DNA of 64,000 nucleotides from an uncultured archaeon (GCA_964610875.1 CAZSWP010000001.1:64001-128000), one strand, 5' to 3'. Shown: positions 49,593 to 59,965, counted from the first letter of the stretch. Notes: generated from the sequence alone by a model not told the origin. Translations and numbers: made by a program.

Positions 49593-50386
49593 CCAAAATA
49601 ATAGTGCCAGATAATCATCCGCGAAAGGTCTCTCTTGATATCAGGGATCGAATTATAGATGGTCATGAAAAGGATATAGTAGCTACAGCCGGTCTCTTAG
49701 CTCATGGTAGAGGAGAAGCTTTTGATTATTTCATTGGAGAAGAAACTACTGAGGAAGCAAAGACTGCAATTCGTGCTGCGGCTGCAGCCTTGTTGATTGC
49801 AAAACATCCTGTGATCAGTGTAAATGGAAATGTATGTTCATTAGTTCCCAATGAATTGATTGAACTCCATGAAATAACAGGGGCTGAATTAGAAATCAAC
49901 CTTTTTTATTATCGTCCTGAACGGGAAACTGCGATACTGGCTGCATTACAAGAAGCTGGTGCAACACGAGTCCTAGGAACACATGATAGACCCTCAGAAA
50001 CTATACCTGAATTAAGCCACAACCGAAGAAAGGTGGACTCTGAAGGAATCGCTAAAGCTGATCTAGTTCTTGTTCCATTGGAGGATGGTGATAGAACTCA
50101 AGCACTGAGGAAGATTGGCAAGTTTGTGGTGACTATAGATCTTAATCCAATCAGTCGAACTTCTATTTTTTCAAACATAACTATTATTGATAATATCATT
50201 CGTGCGATGCCCCTTATGGTGGAATATGTTTGGGAGATGCATGATTGGCCTAGGACGAAACTGGAACGACTTGTTAGTGATTTTGATAATGAGAAGACTA
50301 TACAATCAGCACTTGAGATTATGATTGCTAATCTTGCAGCAAAAGGTGCAACTGGATTGAAGGGGTTAAAGGAGGCGAAACAATGA
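49589..50386 (+). CDS. 4-phosphopantoate--beta-alanine ligase (phosphopantothenate synthetase)
   Basis: HPR, AHGRGEAFDY, SVNGN, VPLEDGDR, IDLNP. Confidence 0.95.
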   Translation: MTKIIVPDNHPRKVSLDIRDRIIDGHEKDIVATAGLLAHGRGEAFDYFIGEETTEEAKTAIRAAAAALLIAKHPVISVNGNVCSLVPNELIELHEITGAELEINLFYYRPERETAILAALQEAGATRVLGTHDRPSETIPELSHNRRKVDSEGIAKADLVLVPLEDGDRTQALRKIGKFVVTIDLNPISRTSIFSNITIIDNIIRAMPLMVEYVWEMHDWPRTKLERLVSDFDNEKTIQSALEIMIANLAAKGATGLKGLKEAKQ

Positions 50387-51372
50387 AAATAGTTGTAATG
50401 GGTTCTGGAGCCATCGGTAGTCTTTATGGTGGTCTCATAGAAAAATACAATCCGGGATTGGTGACTCTTGTTGGTCGTCCTTCTCATGTGACCGCAATAC
50501 AGAAAGACGGACTCAAGGTAAAGGGTGTTCTAGGTGAATTTACAGTTAAAATAGATGCAGTGTCCAATCCCTCTTCAATCACAAAAGCAGATGCTGTATT
50601 CATAACAACAAAGACCTATGATACTATCAAAGCTGCAAAAAAGATTGAACATCTTGTAAAATCTGGTGCTTTTGTATTAATCATCCAGAATGGTATAGGT
50701 ACAGAGAAACTTGTTGCAAAAGCTCTCAACACAACCAAAGTATTACGAGCCACAACCTGCATGGGTGCTCTAATAACAAGATCTGGAGAAGTTACAATAA
50801 CTGGTGATGGTCTGACAGAGGTTGGAACTCATTATCCTGAAAATCACGAATCGGTTGAGAGTATTGTGAATATACTCAAAGAAGCTGGATTCAATGTTAG
50901 GTCTTCAGACAACATTGATGGAGTTGTATGGACTAAAACCGTTGTTAATTGTGGAATCAATCCTATTGGTGCACTTACTGGAATGAAAAACGGTGACGTA
51001 TATTCCAATCTGGTCCTTCGTGATCTAGTTGTACGTCTTGTTCAAGAAACTGCAAGAGTTGCTGACGCATTGAATATCTCTCTTACAACAGAGAATCCTA
51101 TTAGGTACACACTGGGTACAGCTAAGGCAACATCTGAAAATATCAATTCGATGCTGCAAGATATTCTTGCGAGAAAGAAAACTGAGATTGATTCAATAAC
51201 TGGTGAAGTGATTCGAATCGGACAGGAACTTGGAATTGAAACTCCCGTTAGTGAAACAGTTTATGCACTCATTAAGGCAATCGAATCAAAGTACATGGAT
51301 GCTGAGGATGAGAGAGATTCCGAAACCCCACTGACGCCAGAAGAGCTACTTGGCGTGATTTCTACACCCTAA
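50383..51372 (+). CDS. panE: 2-dehydropantoate 2-reductase
   Basis: GSGAIG, QNGIG, WTK...N.GINP, SMLQD, TEID. Confidence 0.93.
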   Translation: MKIVVMGSGAIGSLYGGLIEKYNPGLVTLVGRPSHVTAIQKDGLKVKGVLGEFTVKIDAVSNPSSITKADAVFITTKTYDTIKAAKKIEHLVKSGAFVLIIQNGIGTEKLVAKALNTTKVLRATTCMGALITRSGEVTITGDGLTEVGTHYPENHESVESIVNILKEAGFNVRSSDNIDGVVWTKTVVNCGINPIGALTGMKNGDVYSNLVLRDLVVRLVQETARVADALNISLTTENPIRYTLGTAKATSENINSMLQDILARKKTEIDSITGEVIRIGQELGIETPVSETVYALIKAIESKYMDAEDERDSETPLTPEELLGVISTP

Positions 51373-52042
51373 ACCAGTTCTTAGCCATTGTATATGATGA
51401 CAATGCTGAACGTTGTGCATTCTGTCTTACAATTCCCATATGTCCCGGAATCGCAATTTGGAATTCAATTTCTGATAATCTCTTTAGACTTTTTACTAGC
51501 TTCGCTGCATCCCCTTCAGGAAAGTCAACCCTTCCAAAGCTCCCCCCAGAGAACATTGTGTCTCCTGTGAACATGAGAGAGTCCTGTTCAATATAGAAAC
51601 AGCAACTTCCTGCTGAGTGTCCAGGAGTATGAAGAGTCCTCATTTTGACCTCGCCAAATTCTAATACATCCCCTTCAGTTAGAATGCCTTCTATATTCAG
51701 TGGAGGCAAATCGTGACCAAAAGTATCAGCTAGTGTGGCTCCTGTGTTTCCCACATTAATCTTTTCAGCTTCGTCTTTATGTAAGTGTATTTTCGGAGTG
51801 GCTTCTTTCAGAATTGGTTCGACACCTCCGATATGGTCTATATGACAATGCGTAAGTACTATGTTTGTTAAGTCTGTGACTTTGACATCGAGATTAGCCA
51901 AGTCTTTCTCGATTTGATGCATATACATACCAGTCCCTGTATCAATCAGTACACGACTATCCCCACTCTCAATAAAACCAATATTGGAATCAAAACTATT
52001 ACTCACTCGAACATAAATGCTATCGGTTATTCTCTCAAACAT
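51362..52042 (-). CDS. MBL-fold metallo-hydrolase (glyoxalase II-like)
   Basis: THCHIDHIGG, TPGHS, GDTMF, PGH. Confidence 0.9.
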   Translation of the reverse strand: MFERITDSIYVRVSNSFDSNIGFIESGDSRVLIDTGTGMYMHQIEKDLANLDVKVTDLTNIVLTHCHIDHIGGVEPILKEATPKIHLHKDEAEKINVGNTGATLADTFGHDLPPLNIEGILTEGDVLEFGEVKMRTLHTPGHSAGSCCFYIEQDSLMFTGDTMFSGGSFGRVDFPEGDAAKLVKSLKRLSEIEFQIAIPGHMGIVRQNAQRSALSSYTMAKNWFRV

Positions 52043-52046
52043 AATA

Positions 52047-53177
52047 TCACTTCATTAGTTGCATTATTAAGTCGATTTCATTTATTGAATTATAGAAGTG
52101 CGGTGATACCCGCAAACGTTCATTTCGTACAGAACAATGAATTTTAGATTTCTTCATCTTTTCATATAATTCTTCAATATTCGCTGGTGCGCAGGATACA
52201 ATAGCCGAATTGTGTTCAGGACCAAAGTCATAGACCGGTATATCTACTTCCTGAAGACATTCTCTTAGATAGTTTGCAACTGCCATTGCTGTTCCTTCTC
52301 TAGTTTGTGGTTTAAAACTAAGCAAGGTTTCAAGAGATTTGTTGAATCCTACATAAGCAACCATAGCTGGGGACCCAACTTCAAACTTTGTTGCATTCTC
52401 CAGAGGTTCTCTCTGGAAATACCCGAACTCATGTAGGTCCTTTACTCCCCACCATCCAAGAAATCTTGTATCGACCTCATCAATGATTCTTTTATCAACG
52501 TAAACGAAACCAGCTCCGATTGGTCCGATCAACCATTTTGCCGCCTGTGCTGAAGCAAAGTCAACTCCCATTTTTGGCAGGTCAATATCCACACAACCTG
52601 CAGCTTGGATTATATCTGCGAACAGATAGCCTCCATTTTCATGAACAACCTGTGATAACGATTTCAAATCGTTGCGGAATCCTGATGCAAATTGTACATG
52701 ACTAACTCCAACTACACGAGTATTTTCATCAATCATTTCTGCAAAGGACTCTGTGGGAACAGCTCCGTCTTCTGATCTCAAAACTCTCAGTTCTACACCA
52801 TATATTCTTGCAACATTTTGCCATGGTATATAATTTGCAGGGAACTCAAGGTCACATATCACAATGTTAGAGCCTTCTGGATATTCTATACCATGTGCGA
52901 AGATATTGACTCCTGTTGATGTGTTTGGTACTAGCCCAAAATTCTCTTCCTTTCCTCCCAACAATAATGAAAGATTTCTACGTATCGAATTTAGTAGTTC
53001 CAGAGTTTCTTTGAAGTCCCCAATTGCACATTCTCTATTATGAAGGTAATCGTTCATCGCCTTTATCGTTGCATGAGGGGGAATACCAATTGATGCATTA
53101 TTTAGATAAATCATACTCTTCAATGTGGGAAATAGCAGGTCAATCTGGTTCTGATCAATATCCAATATCATAAGCAA
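52047..53177 (-). CDS. Class V PLP-dependent enzyme
   Basis: YLNNAS, EFPAN, DIIQAAG, KWLIGP, LRVSPHFYN. Confidence 0.88.
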   Translation of the reverse strand: MLMILDIDQNQIDLLFPTLKSMIYLNNASIGIPPHATIKAMNDYLHNRECAIGDFKETLELLNSIRRNLSLLLGGKEENFGLVPNTSTGVNIFAHGIEYPEGSNIVICDLEFPANYIPWQNVARIYGVELRVLRSEDGAVPTESFAEMIDENTRVVGVSHVQFASGFRNDLKSLSQVVHENGGYLFADIIQAAGCVDIDLPKMGVDFASAQAAKWLIGPIGAGFVYVDKRIIDEVDTRFLGWWGVKDLHEFGYFQREPLENATKFEVGSPAMVAYVGFNKSLETLLSFKPQTREGTAMAVANYLRECLQEVDIPVYDFGPEHNSAIVSCAPANIEELYEKMKKSKIHCSVRNERLRVSPHFYNSINEIDLIMQLMK

Positions 53178-53266
53178 TTTCCCATATTTTCACTCTGATA
53201 AACAATACGAATACAACCCCCTAAAGTTTAAGTCGTTGTAATCAGTTTCAAAAGTCGGAGAGAGGC

Positions 53267-54109
53267 TTGTCTGCATTTCGAAGGATACTCACCCGAATAA
53301 GAGGCTCCAAAAAGGAGGAAGAAAAGAAAGATGATAAGGCAGAGCCCTCCATAAAAAAAGCCACACCTTCAGAATCTGAATCAGAGTTAAAACCTGCTGA
53401 AAGTAAGGAAATTCTTGAGGTTCAACCCGAAGGTACACTTTTTGCATCATCCGCTGAACTTCGAGTAAATCATAATGAGACTGCATTACTCGCAAAAGAA
53501 GCAAAGATTTCTGATGTCACCACTTCTGAGATAGTGCCTGGCAAACTACTGAAGAGAGATAATCGAGGTAGAGTGCATATCAAGATTGTATTCTATGGGC
53601 CGTCATTATCTGGAAAGACAACCGCCCTTCGTTGGTTGTTTGCCAATGTGAGGTCTCTCTCTAAAGGTAAAATTGTAGAAATTGCTGACGAACTTGGAAG
53701 AACCACATTTTTCGACTTCGTGCCAGTGACTGCAAGTGAAAGGATTGTTTTTGATGTATTCACCGTTGCTGGCCAACGAAGACATGCAAGAGCTAGGATT
53801 TCCGTGTTACGTGATGCAGACGGAATCATCTTCATGGCTGATTCCAGACCTGAAGCAATGAATGAGAATCTTGCATCCATTGAGGAGCTCAGAATTGCAT
53901 TGGGAACTGACCGTGTTTCCACACTGCCAATTGTGGTGGCATTCAACAAAAGAGATTTACCGAATGCCTTACCCATTGAGTACATGTCTCAAATGCTTGA
54001 TTTTGAAGAATATCCTATTTTCGCAACAATCGCTACAGAGGGAAAAAACCTTCTGCGAATGTTCCAACGTATCTTACGTGACGCCTTAGTATTTAAAGTT
54101 GGTATCTAA
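53267..54109 (+). CDS. MglA-like small GTPase with charged N-terminal extension
   Basis: KIVFYGPSLSGKTT, RTTFFDF, FTVAGQ, NKRD, TIAT. Confidence 0.88.
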   Translation: MSAFRRILTRIRGSKKEEEKKDDKAEPSIKKATPSESESELKPAESKEILEVQPEGTLFASSAELRVNHNETALLAKEAKISDVTTSEIVPGKLLKRDNRGRVHIKIVFYGPSLSGKTTALRWLFANVRSLSKGKIVEIADELGRTTFFDFVPVTASERIVFDVFTVAGQRRHARARISVLRDADGIIFMADSRPEAMNENLASIEELRIALGTDRVSTLPIVVAFNKRDLPNALPIEYMSQMLDFEEYPIFATIATEGKNLLRMFQRILRDALVFKVGI

Positions 54110-54843
54110 GTTATAGAACTGAACGGTAGTTTTCCTCGTTCGAGTTCTTCAATTAGTTCAATCAATTCACTCTCAGCTTGTTCCATTATTGCCTTACCTT
54201 TCTCAGGTCTGGCCTTTGCAGGATCTCCATATACGGCATCCTGATAGAGGTCTGCTCTATAATGTGCTGATATGATTCTGAACTTTTGCACATTCCTTCT
54301 AGCAATTACACTGTCCATGTCAACTAGATTAGGTGATATATGCATGACTTCAGAAGTTTCATCCTCTGCAGCATGACCCATGGGGGTCTCTAAAATCTCT
54401 TCTCTCACATCTCCAGCCAAATCCCTCCACCAATTTACTATGATGACGACACGTTCACCTCGCTTTGTAGCAGCCTTTGCTGCTGTTTCAATATGTGCTG
54501 AGTTTCCTCCATGACCATTCAGTACCACTAAATAGGTGAACCGTTGCTTGAATACACCTTTCATTATGCTGATGTATAGATCAACTAGACTCGATGGCTT
54601 AACTGATATTGTACCAGCAAACTGATTGAATACCCAACTATCACCAAATGGAATTGGCGGAAGTACTAGTGCTCTTGTCTTTTCTGCAATCCCCTTTGCT
54701 AGACTCCAAGGCAAAATCGTATCGGTACCAAGGGGTAGATGATGTCCGTGTGCCTCAAGTGCCCCTGTCACCAACACAGCTACTCGTGTGTTCTTTGAAA
54801 TATCTCTGAAATGTTTTTGTGTCAAGTCTGACCAGAATGGCAT
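54106..54843 (-). CDS. Creatininase-family amidohydrolase
   Basis: EAHGHHLPLGTD, NGHGGN, HAAEDETS. Confidence 0.92.
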   Translation of the reverse strand: MPFWSDLTQKHFRDISKNTRVAVLVTGALEAHGHHLPLGTDTILPWSLAKGIAEKTRALVLPPIPFGDSWVFNQFAGTISVKPSSLVDLYISIMKGVFKQRFTYLVVLNGHGGNSAHIETAAKAATKRGERVVIIVNWWRDLAGDVREEILETPMGHAAEDETSEVMHISPNLVDMDSVIARRNVQKFRIISAHYRADLYQDAVYGDPAKARPEKGKAIMEQAESELIELIEELERGKLPFSSIT

Positions 54844-54981
54844 TTATTTCCACCTGACTTCGGAACAGTTCCCTAATTAATACTAGCAATCTTCTAGTAG
54901 ATAGGTGTTTTCAAGCGAAAAGGTAATTAGAGATTCCAAGCACCGCGACGCACACCCAATATGGATTTCACAAAATGAAAT

Positions 54982-55091
54982 AGCCCCGTGGTGTAGCGGT
55001 CCATCATGAGGGGTTCTGGTATCATTGAGCTTTTTCGGTTCTCTGATAGGAACTCCCCTTGACCCAGGTTCGAGTCCTGGCGGGGCTACCA
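54982..55091 (+). tRNA. tRNA-Gln(CUG) with a 34-nt BHB intron (55020-55053) and encoded CCA
   Basis: Acceptor AGCCCCG/CGGGGCT, anticodon stem AGGGG/CCCCT, CTG at 55016-18, T-arm CCAGG-TTCGAGT-CCTGG; BHB helix TTCT/AGGA with bulges GGT and ACT. Confidence 0.93.
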
Positions 55092-55386
55092 CTAATTTTT
55101 TTTGTGTTTTTGATTGCGAAAAATCGGAATTTAGATAAGAAATCAATATTAACGATTTTTAGAAAGGTTTAACAGTTTTAGCAGTAAAGTATAGATTTAT
55201 AGGTATATCTTCAAAAGAATAGACAAGACAGGTTGCCAGATTCTCTGCTAATTATGAGCAGTTTCTGCTCGTATCTGCGTCCCCTCCCGGCGACGATATA
55301 CAGAACTTTGGTACCTGTCCTTTTACAGTTATTTTTCAATTCGTTAGGGATAACAATCTTCATATCATGAATAAATCCTATTTCTG

Positions 55387-56181
55387 ATGGATTTGATTCC
55401 CATGGAGAAAGTAGAACTTGGCTGGGATGAATTCTGGGCTGAGTTATTTAGAGTAAAACATCGTAGGTCTCTTCCAGCTATAAAGCACTATGATGAGATG
55501 ATAGTCAACTTCTGTATTGAAGTTCTCTGTCTAGAAAAAGATGATGAGATTCTTGATATAGCATGCGGTGCTGGAGAACATAGTGTCCTTTTTGCAAAGC
55601 AGGGTCTCCAAGTGTCTGGATTTGACCTATCAAAGACTCTCATATCTTTCGCTGAAAATTTGGCTAAGGATGAAGATGTTGACGTTAATTTCTATACAAG
55701 TGACATGCGTGAGATTGATTTTGAACATAGATTCAATGCTGCGGTTCTCTTGAGTCACAGTTTTGGTTTCTTTAACCATGAGGAAAACAAACGCGTTCTG
55801 AAAGGAACACTGGATGCTCTTCGTGATGAAGGAAAGCTTCTCTTAGATCTTATGAATCCTTACAGGATACCTCGGTTCAAGAAGACTTGGTCTCAAATTG
55901 ATGGCGGATATCTTCTTAGCGAACCACACTTTCTTGATGCTCCGTCTGGAGTCCTAAGAGGCAGACCTGCAACTTTTATTGATGTAGAAAATAATAGAAT
56001 CGTACTTGCCAATCAGGATGCACTAGCCAATAACGACATTCGTATGTATACCGCACTAGAAATAAGAGAACTTGTGGAAGAAGTGGGCTTCTCAAAAATT
56101 GATTTCTATGGACAGAATAAGCTCCCAAGAATGCCATATACAGCTAATTCTGAACGAATGGTAGTAGTTGCAACAAAATAG
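55387..56181 (+). CDS. Class I SAM-dependent methyltransferase
   Basis: ILDIACGAGEH, GFDLS, DMREI, SFGFF. Confidence 0.92.
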   Translation: MDLIPMEKVELGWDEFWAELFRVKHRRSLPAIKHYDEMIVNFCIEVLCLEKDDEILDIACGAGEHSVLFAKQGLQVSGFDLSKTLISFAENLAKDEDVDVNFYTSDMREIDFEHRFNAAVLLSHSFGFFNHEENKRVLKGTLDALRDEGKLLLDLMNPYRIPRFKKTWSQIDGGYLLSEPHFLDAPSGVLRGRPATFIDVENNRIVLANQDALANNDIRMYTALEIRELVEEVGFSKIDFYGQNKLPRMPYTANSERMVVVATK

Positions 56182-56217
56182 CTCCTCTGACGGAAATCTT
56201 TTAAACAACATTTGGAG

Positions 56218-56295
56218 CTGACGCGCAAGCCACCGATGCGGCTATCGGTGACCCCGACCGAGTTCTCTCGTGTTAACTTCGTAAGTTGGGGTCAG
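56218..56295 (+). promoter_or_regulatory. GC-rich structured leader upstream of the EF-2 gene
   Basis: CACCGAT/ATCGGTG, TGACCCCGAC/GTTGGGGTCA and CGAG/CTCG stems. Confidence 0.5.
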
Positions 56296-56316
56296 ATAAT
56301 CCTAGTAAATTAGAGA

Positions 56317-58539
56317 GTGAATAGAATGGTCAAAATAAAAGACCCCGATGCAATCAAGCGACTGATCAAATCAGATGACTATGAACATAAACGTATCATA
56401 AGTATCAGTGCTCATATCGACCATGGCAAAACAACGACCACTGACTATCTCATGCGAAGAGCTGGTCTAATGAGTGATGCTGCAGCAGGACAGGCACTCA
56501 TGACAGATAGTGATGAGGAAGAGCAGGAACGTGGTATTACAATCTTCACCTCTGTTGTTCTTCTTAACTTCGAAGTTGATGGTGAGGAATATCTCGTACA
56601 GCTTTCAGACACCCCTGGTCACTTGTCTTTCACAGGTGAAGTATCAAGAGCACTTCGAGCTAGCGATGGTGCAGTTATTCTTGTTGATGCATTGGAAGGT
56701 GTTATGACTCAGACTGAAACAAATATTCGACTTGCAGTTGGCGGTGAAGCTTGCAAGCCAGTCCTTTTCATCAACAAAGTTGACAGATTGATAAACGAGC
56801 TCAAACTTCCTCCAAAGAAAGTCTACGAGAGAATTGACATAATTATTGCAAAAGTGAACGAGCTAATTAGGAAAGTAGCTCCTCCTGAATACGCAAAAGA
56901 TTGGCGTGTTAGTTTTCAAGATGGTAGTGTTGCCATTGGTAGTGCAAAGACTGGTTGGGCTTTCACCATGAAGACCCTTGAGAAGAAAGATATCAAACCT
57001 GTTGTTGTCTTTGAGAAGTATAATGAGGGTGATGAAAAATGGTTGAGAGAAAACCTACCTCTTGATGATGCACTTCTTGAGATGATTGTCAAACATCTTC
57101 CTGATCCCAAAACAGCTCAGAAATATAAGATACCACGGATTTGGAAAGGAGATCCCGAAAGCGAAGAAGGTAAAGCATTACTTGAGTGCGATCCAAAAGG
57201 TCCACTACTCGGAATGATTACAAAGATATTCGTTGATCCAAAGAGCAAGAGACCTACCCTAATTGGAAGAATCTTCTCAGGTACCGTAAAATCCGGTCAG
57301 ACTATCAGGCTTGTGGGGATGAAACAGAATGTTACAGTGAAGCGTCTTGGTGTACAAGAAATCACAGATATTCTTCCAATGGAAGAGGTGCCTGCGGGTA
57401 ACTTGTTCTCAGTATTTGGTTTCATCTGCCCCTCTGGTGAATCATTCATTGGTGCAGAATCCGAAATGCAGGGTTTTGAAGCCATCGAGTATGTTAGTGA
57501 ACCTGTTGTTAGCAGAAGTATCAAACCCATTGATCCTCAAGAAATTGCCAAACTAGGTGAAGTTGTGTCCAAATGGATTATGGCTGACCCTACTGCGAGA
57601 TTCATTCACGACAAAGAATCTGGTGAGTACAGATTGGATGGTATTGACCCCCTTCAGATTGAAATTCTCACAAAGAGAATAAATGAACAGGTTGAGATTC
57701 AAGTATCTGAGCCAATTATTGTGTACAGAGAGAAAATCACCGAAAAAGGTGATGAATTCCATACTAAATCACCTAATGGTCATAACAGACTTCGTCTTTA
57801 CCTCGAACCATTAGATGAGAAGACAATTGCTTTGATTAAACGAAAGAAAATCACTGCTGATCAAAACTCTCGAGAACGAGCTCAAATTCTACGTGATGAA
57901 GCGGGTTGGGATGCAAAAGAAGCACGTAAGATTCTAGATATCTATGAATCAAGCATGCTTGTCGATGCCATGAGTGGTGTCCAGCGATTTGATAGGATAT
58001 TCTCCTATCTCCAAACAACCTTCAGAGAGTTCATTGATGAAGGTCCACTCGCAAAGGAACCCATTATGGGTGTGAAAGTGGTGTTGACTGATGCTACTGT
58101 CCACACTGATCCTGCACACACTGGTTACAATGAAGTAGCTACAATGACGAGTGCTGGATTAAATTTGAGCTTCTTGACAGCACGACCCGGTCTATATGAA
58201 CCAATCCTGAATACTGACATCAAGACACCAACTGACATGCAGGGTGGAGTTATCAAAGTTCTAACATCCCATAGAGGTCAGATTGTGACAATTGAAGCTG
58301 AGGAGGACACAGTTACTGTAAAGGGTACCCTTCCAACAGCTGAAACAATTGGTATAGCTGATGAGTTCCGAAGTGCAACAGCTGGTAAGAGCTTCTTTGG
58401 ATATGAGTTCAGGGGCTTCGAGCAAGTGCCAGGAAGCATGCAAGAAGAGAAGATTCTTGAAATTCGCAAGCGGAAAGGCATGCCTGAGGAGCTACCCAAT
58501 TTCGGTTCATGGAGCCGCTGGGTATACAAGAGAACCTAA
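56317..58539 (+). CDS. Elongation factor 2, divergent (possibly the Asgard EF-2 paralog)
   Basis: AHIDHGKTT, RGITI, DTPGH, NKVD; five-domain length; diphthamide loop VHTDPAHTG rather than HRG. Confidence 0.88.
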   Translation: MNRMVKIKDPDAIKRLIKSDDYEHKRIISISAHIDHGKTTTTDYLMRRAGLMSDAAAGQALMTDSDEEEQERGITIFTSVVLLNFEVDGEEYLVQLSDTPGHLSFTGEVSRALRASDGAVILVDALEGVMTQTETNIRLAVGGEACKPVLFINKVDRLINELKLPPKKVYERIDIIIAKVNELIRKVAPPEYAKDWRVSFQDGSVAIGSAKTGWAFTMKTLEKKDIKPVVVFEKYNEGDEKWLRENLPLDDALLEMIVKHLPDPKTAQKYKIPRIWKGDPESEEGKALLECDPKGPLLGMITKIFVDPKSKRPTLIGRIFSGTVKSGQTIRLVGMKQNVTVKRLGVQEITDILPMEEVPAGNLFSVFGFICPSGESFIGAESEMQGFEAIEYVSEPVVSRSIKPIDPQEIAKLGEVVSKWIMADPTARFIHDKESGEYRLDGIDPLQIEILTKRINEQVEIQVSEPIIVYREKITEKGDEFHTKSPNGHNRLRLYLEPLDEKTIALIKRKKITADQNSRERAQILRDEAGWDAKEARKILDIYESSMLVDAMSGVQRFDRIFSYLQTTFREFIDEGPLAKEPIMGVKVVLTDATVHTDPAHTGYNEVATMTSAGLNLSFLTARPGLYEPILNTDIKTPTDMQGGVIKVLTSHRGQIVTIEAEEDTVTVKGTLPTAETIGIADEFRSATAGKSFFGYEFRGFEQVPGSMQEEKILEIRKRKGMPEELPNFGSWSRWVYKRT

Positions 58540-58551
58540 TTCAATGTATAT

Positions 58552-58592
58552 GAGTAGCGTCAGACTGAGGCTACTCCTATCTTCTTCTTTTT
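58552..58592 (+). terminator. Hairpin plus pyrimidine tract after the EF-2 gene
   Basis: GAGTAGC...GCTACTC followed by CTTCTTCTTTTT. Confidence 0.55.
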
Positions 58593-58639
58593 GTCTAATC
58601 GTTGAATATTTGTGTGAGTTCATTCACTGAATTACATGA

Positions 58640-59965
58640 TTGAAAATGACATTGGACCCACGAGAATTCTTAGAGAAATTGGTATCGATTGATACAGTAA
58701 ATGATGCAGCCAAGAATAAGAAAGCAACATCTGAATGTCCTGAACTCATTAACTCCGTGCTAAGCGAGAGAGGTTTTGAAACCGAACTGATTGAATCGGA
58801 TGGATATTATACATCTCTCGGTACTCGTGGAGAAGGAAGCTACAGTATTCTTTTCTTGGCGCATTTTGATGTTGTGCCAACAGGTGACGGATGGGATACT
58901 GATCCCTTCTCATTAGTGGTTGATGGCGACATAGCTTATGGACGCGGCACCTGTGATGATAAGGGTAATATTGTAAGTATGTTACTTCTTGCGGACTACG
59001 TGAAAGACAAGGAACTCCCATGCACACTCATGCTATCTGCTAGTGGTGATGAAGAAATAGGTGGTAGAAATGGAGCAGAAGTCCTCTGTAAGAAACTACA
59101 GGATGAGGATCGCTTTCCTAACTTCATTGTCATCGCTGATGGTGTAAAACAACAGATTATTCACAGAAGACGTAATATATTACCCACCTACATTAGAGTG
59201 AAATCAACATCCTCAATGATCAAAGGCAAGAAAGAAACCCAGCGATTTGAAACTGATACATATGGGACGAAATCCCGTCATTCAGCTTACATGCGTCTAG
59301 GAGTTGACAGACATGCAATGCTTGCAGCTTCCAAGTTTCTTGATTTACACCCAGCCACGACAGTGAGTGATATCAGAGGTGCATTCCTGAAATCGAACGT
59401 TGTTCCAGATTGGGTTGAGATGGATGTTATCCACCCAGATATAAACGGACCAGAACATGCATATGATCCTGCTTTGACCGATTTGATACAATCACTACTT
59501 GCAATCAATCAGGCATCATTTCCAACCAGGCCTTCTGATAAAGGCACAATGATTTATCCTAATTTACTCTCTAAAGACGAAGATATTTGGAAACTCTACT
59601 GTGATATCCGCGCCATGACAAATGATGCTGAGCAAGTCATGAAAGGATTCGAGAATGCAATTCGCGGAAAACTGACTGTCGAATCAATAGATGTACATGC
59701 CGGTATTGGTTATGTTGACTCTGACCCTGATTCCAGATTGATTAGAGCGGCAAGAAAAGCTCTAGAAGAAGAAAGCATCTTCTATTCTATCGTTGAAGGA
59801 TTTGGCGGCTCAGATTCCAGATACTTTGCTGGGCACGGTTCTGATGTGTTTGATTTTGGTCCTCGTGGAAACAACCTGCATGGTCCAAATGAATGGGTTT
59901 CTTTATCTTCCCTTGAAGAGAATGCACGTTTCTTTGAATGTCTGTTACAGGTTCTTGCAGAGTGA
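58640..59965 (+). CDS. M20 metallopeptidase (ArgE/DapE-like)
   Basis: AHFDVVP, GRGTCDDKG, DEEIGG, GGSDSR, HGPNE. Confidence 0.9.
   Translation: MKMTLDPREFLEKLVSIDTVNDAAKNKKATSECPELINSVLSERGFETELIESDGYYTSLGTRGEGSYSILFLAHFDVVPTGDGWDTDPFSLVVDGDIAYGRGTCDDKGNIVSMLLLADYVKDKELPCTLMLSASGDEEIGGRNGAEVLCKKLQDEDRFPNFIVIADGVKQQIIHRRRNILPTYIRVKSTSSMIKGKKETQRFETDTYGTKSRHSAYMRLGVDRHAMLAASKFLDLHPATTVSDIRGAFLKSNVVPDWVEMDVIHPDINGPEHAYDPALTDLIQSLLAINQASFPTRPSDKGTMIYPNLLSKDEDIWKLYCDIRAMTNDAEQVMKGFENAIRGKLTVESIDVHAGIGYVDSDPDSRLIRAARKALEEESIFYSIVEGFGGSDSRYFAGHGSDVFDFGPRGNNLHGPNEWVSLSSLEENARFFECLLQVLAE

Noticed and set aside
52047-53177. Cysteine desulfurase or selenocysteine lyase linked to SelD
   Set aside because: The catalytic Cys loop (RxGxHCA or SSGSAC) is absent before LRVSPHFYN; left as a generic class V enzyme
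54883-55146. 87-aa minus-strand ORF
   Set aside because: Antisense shadow of tRNA-Gln
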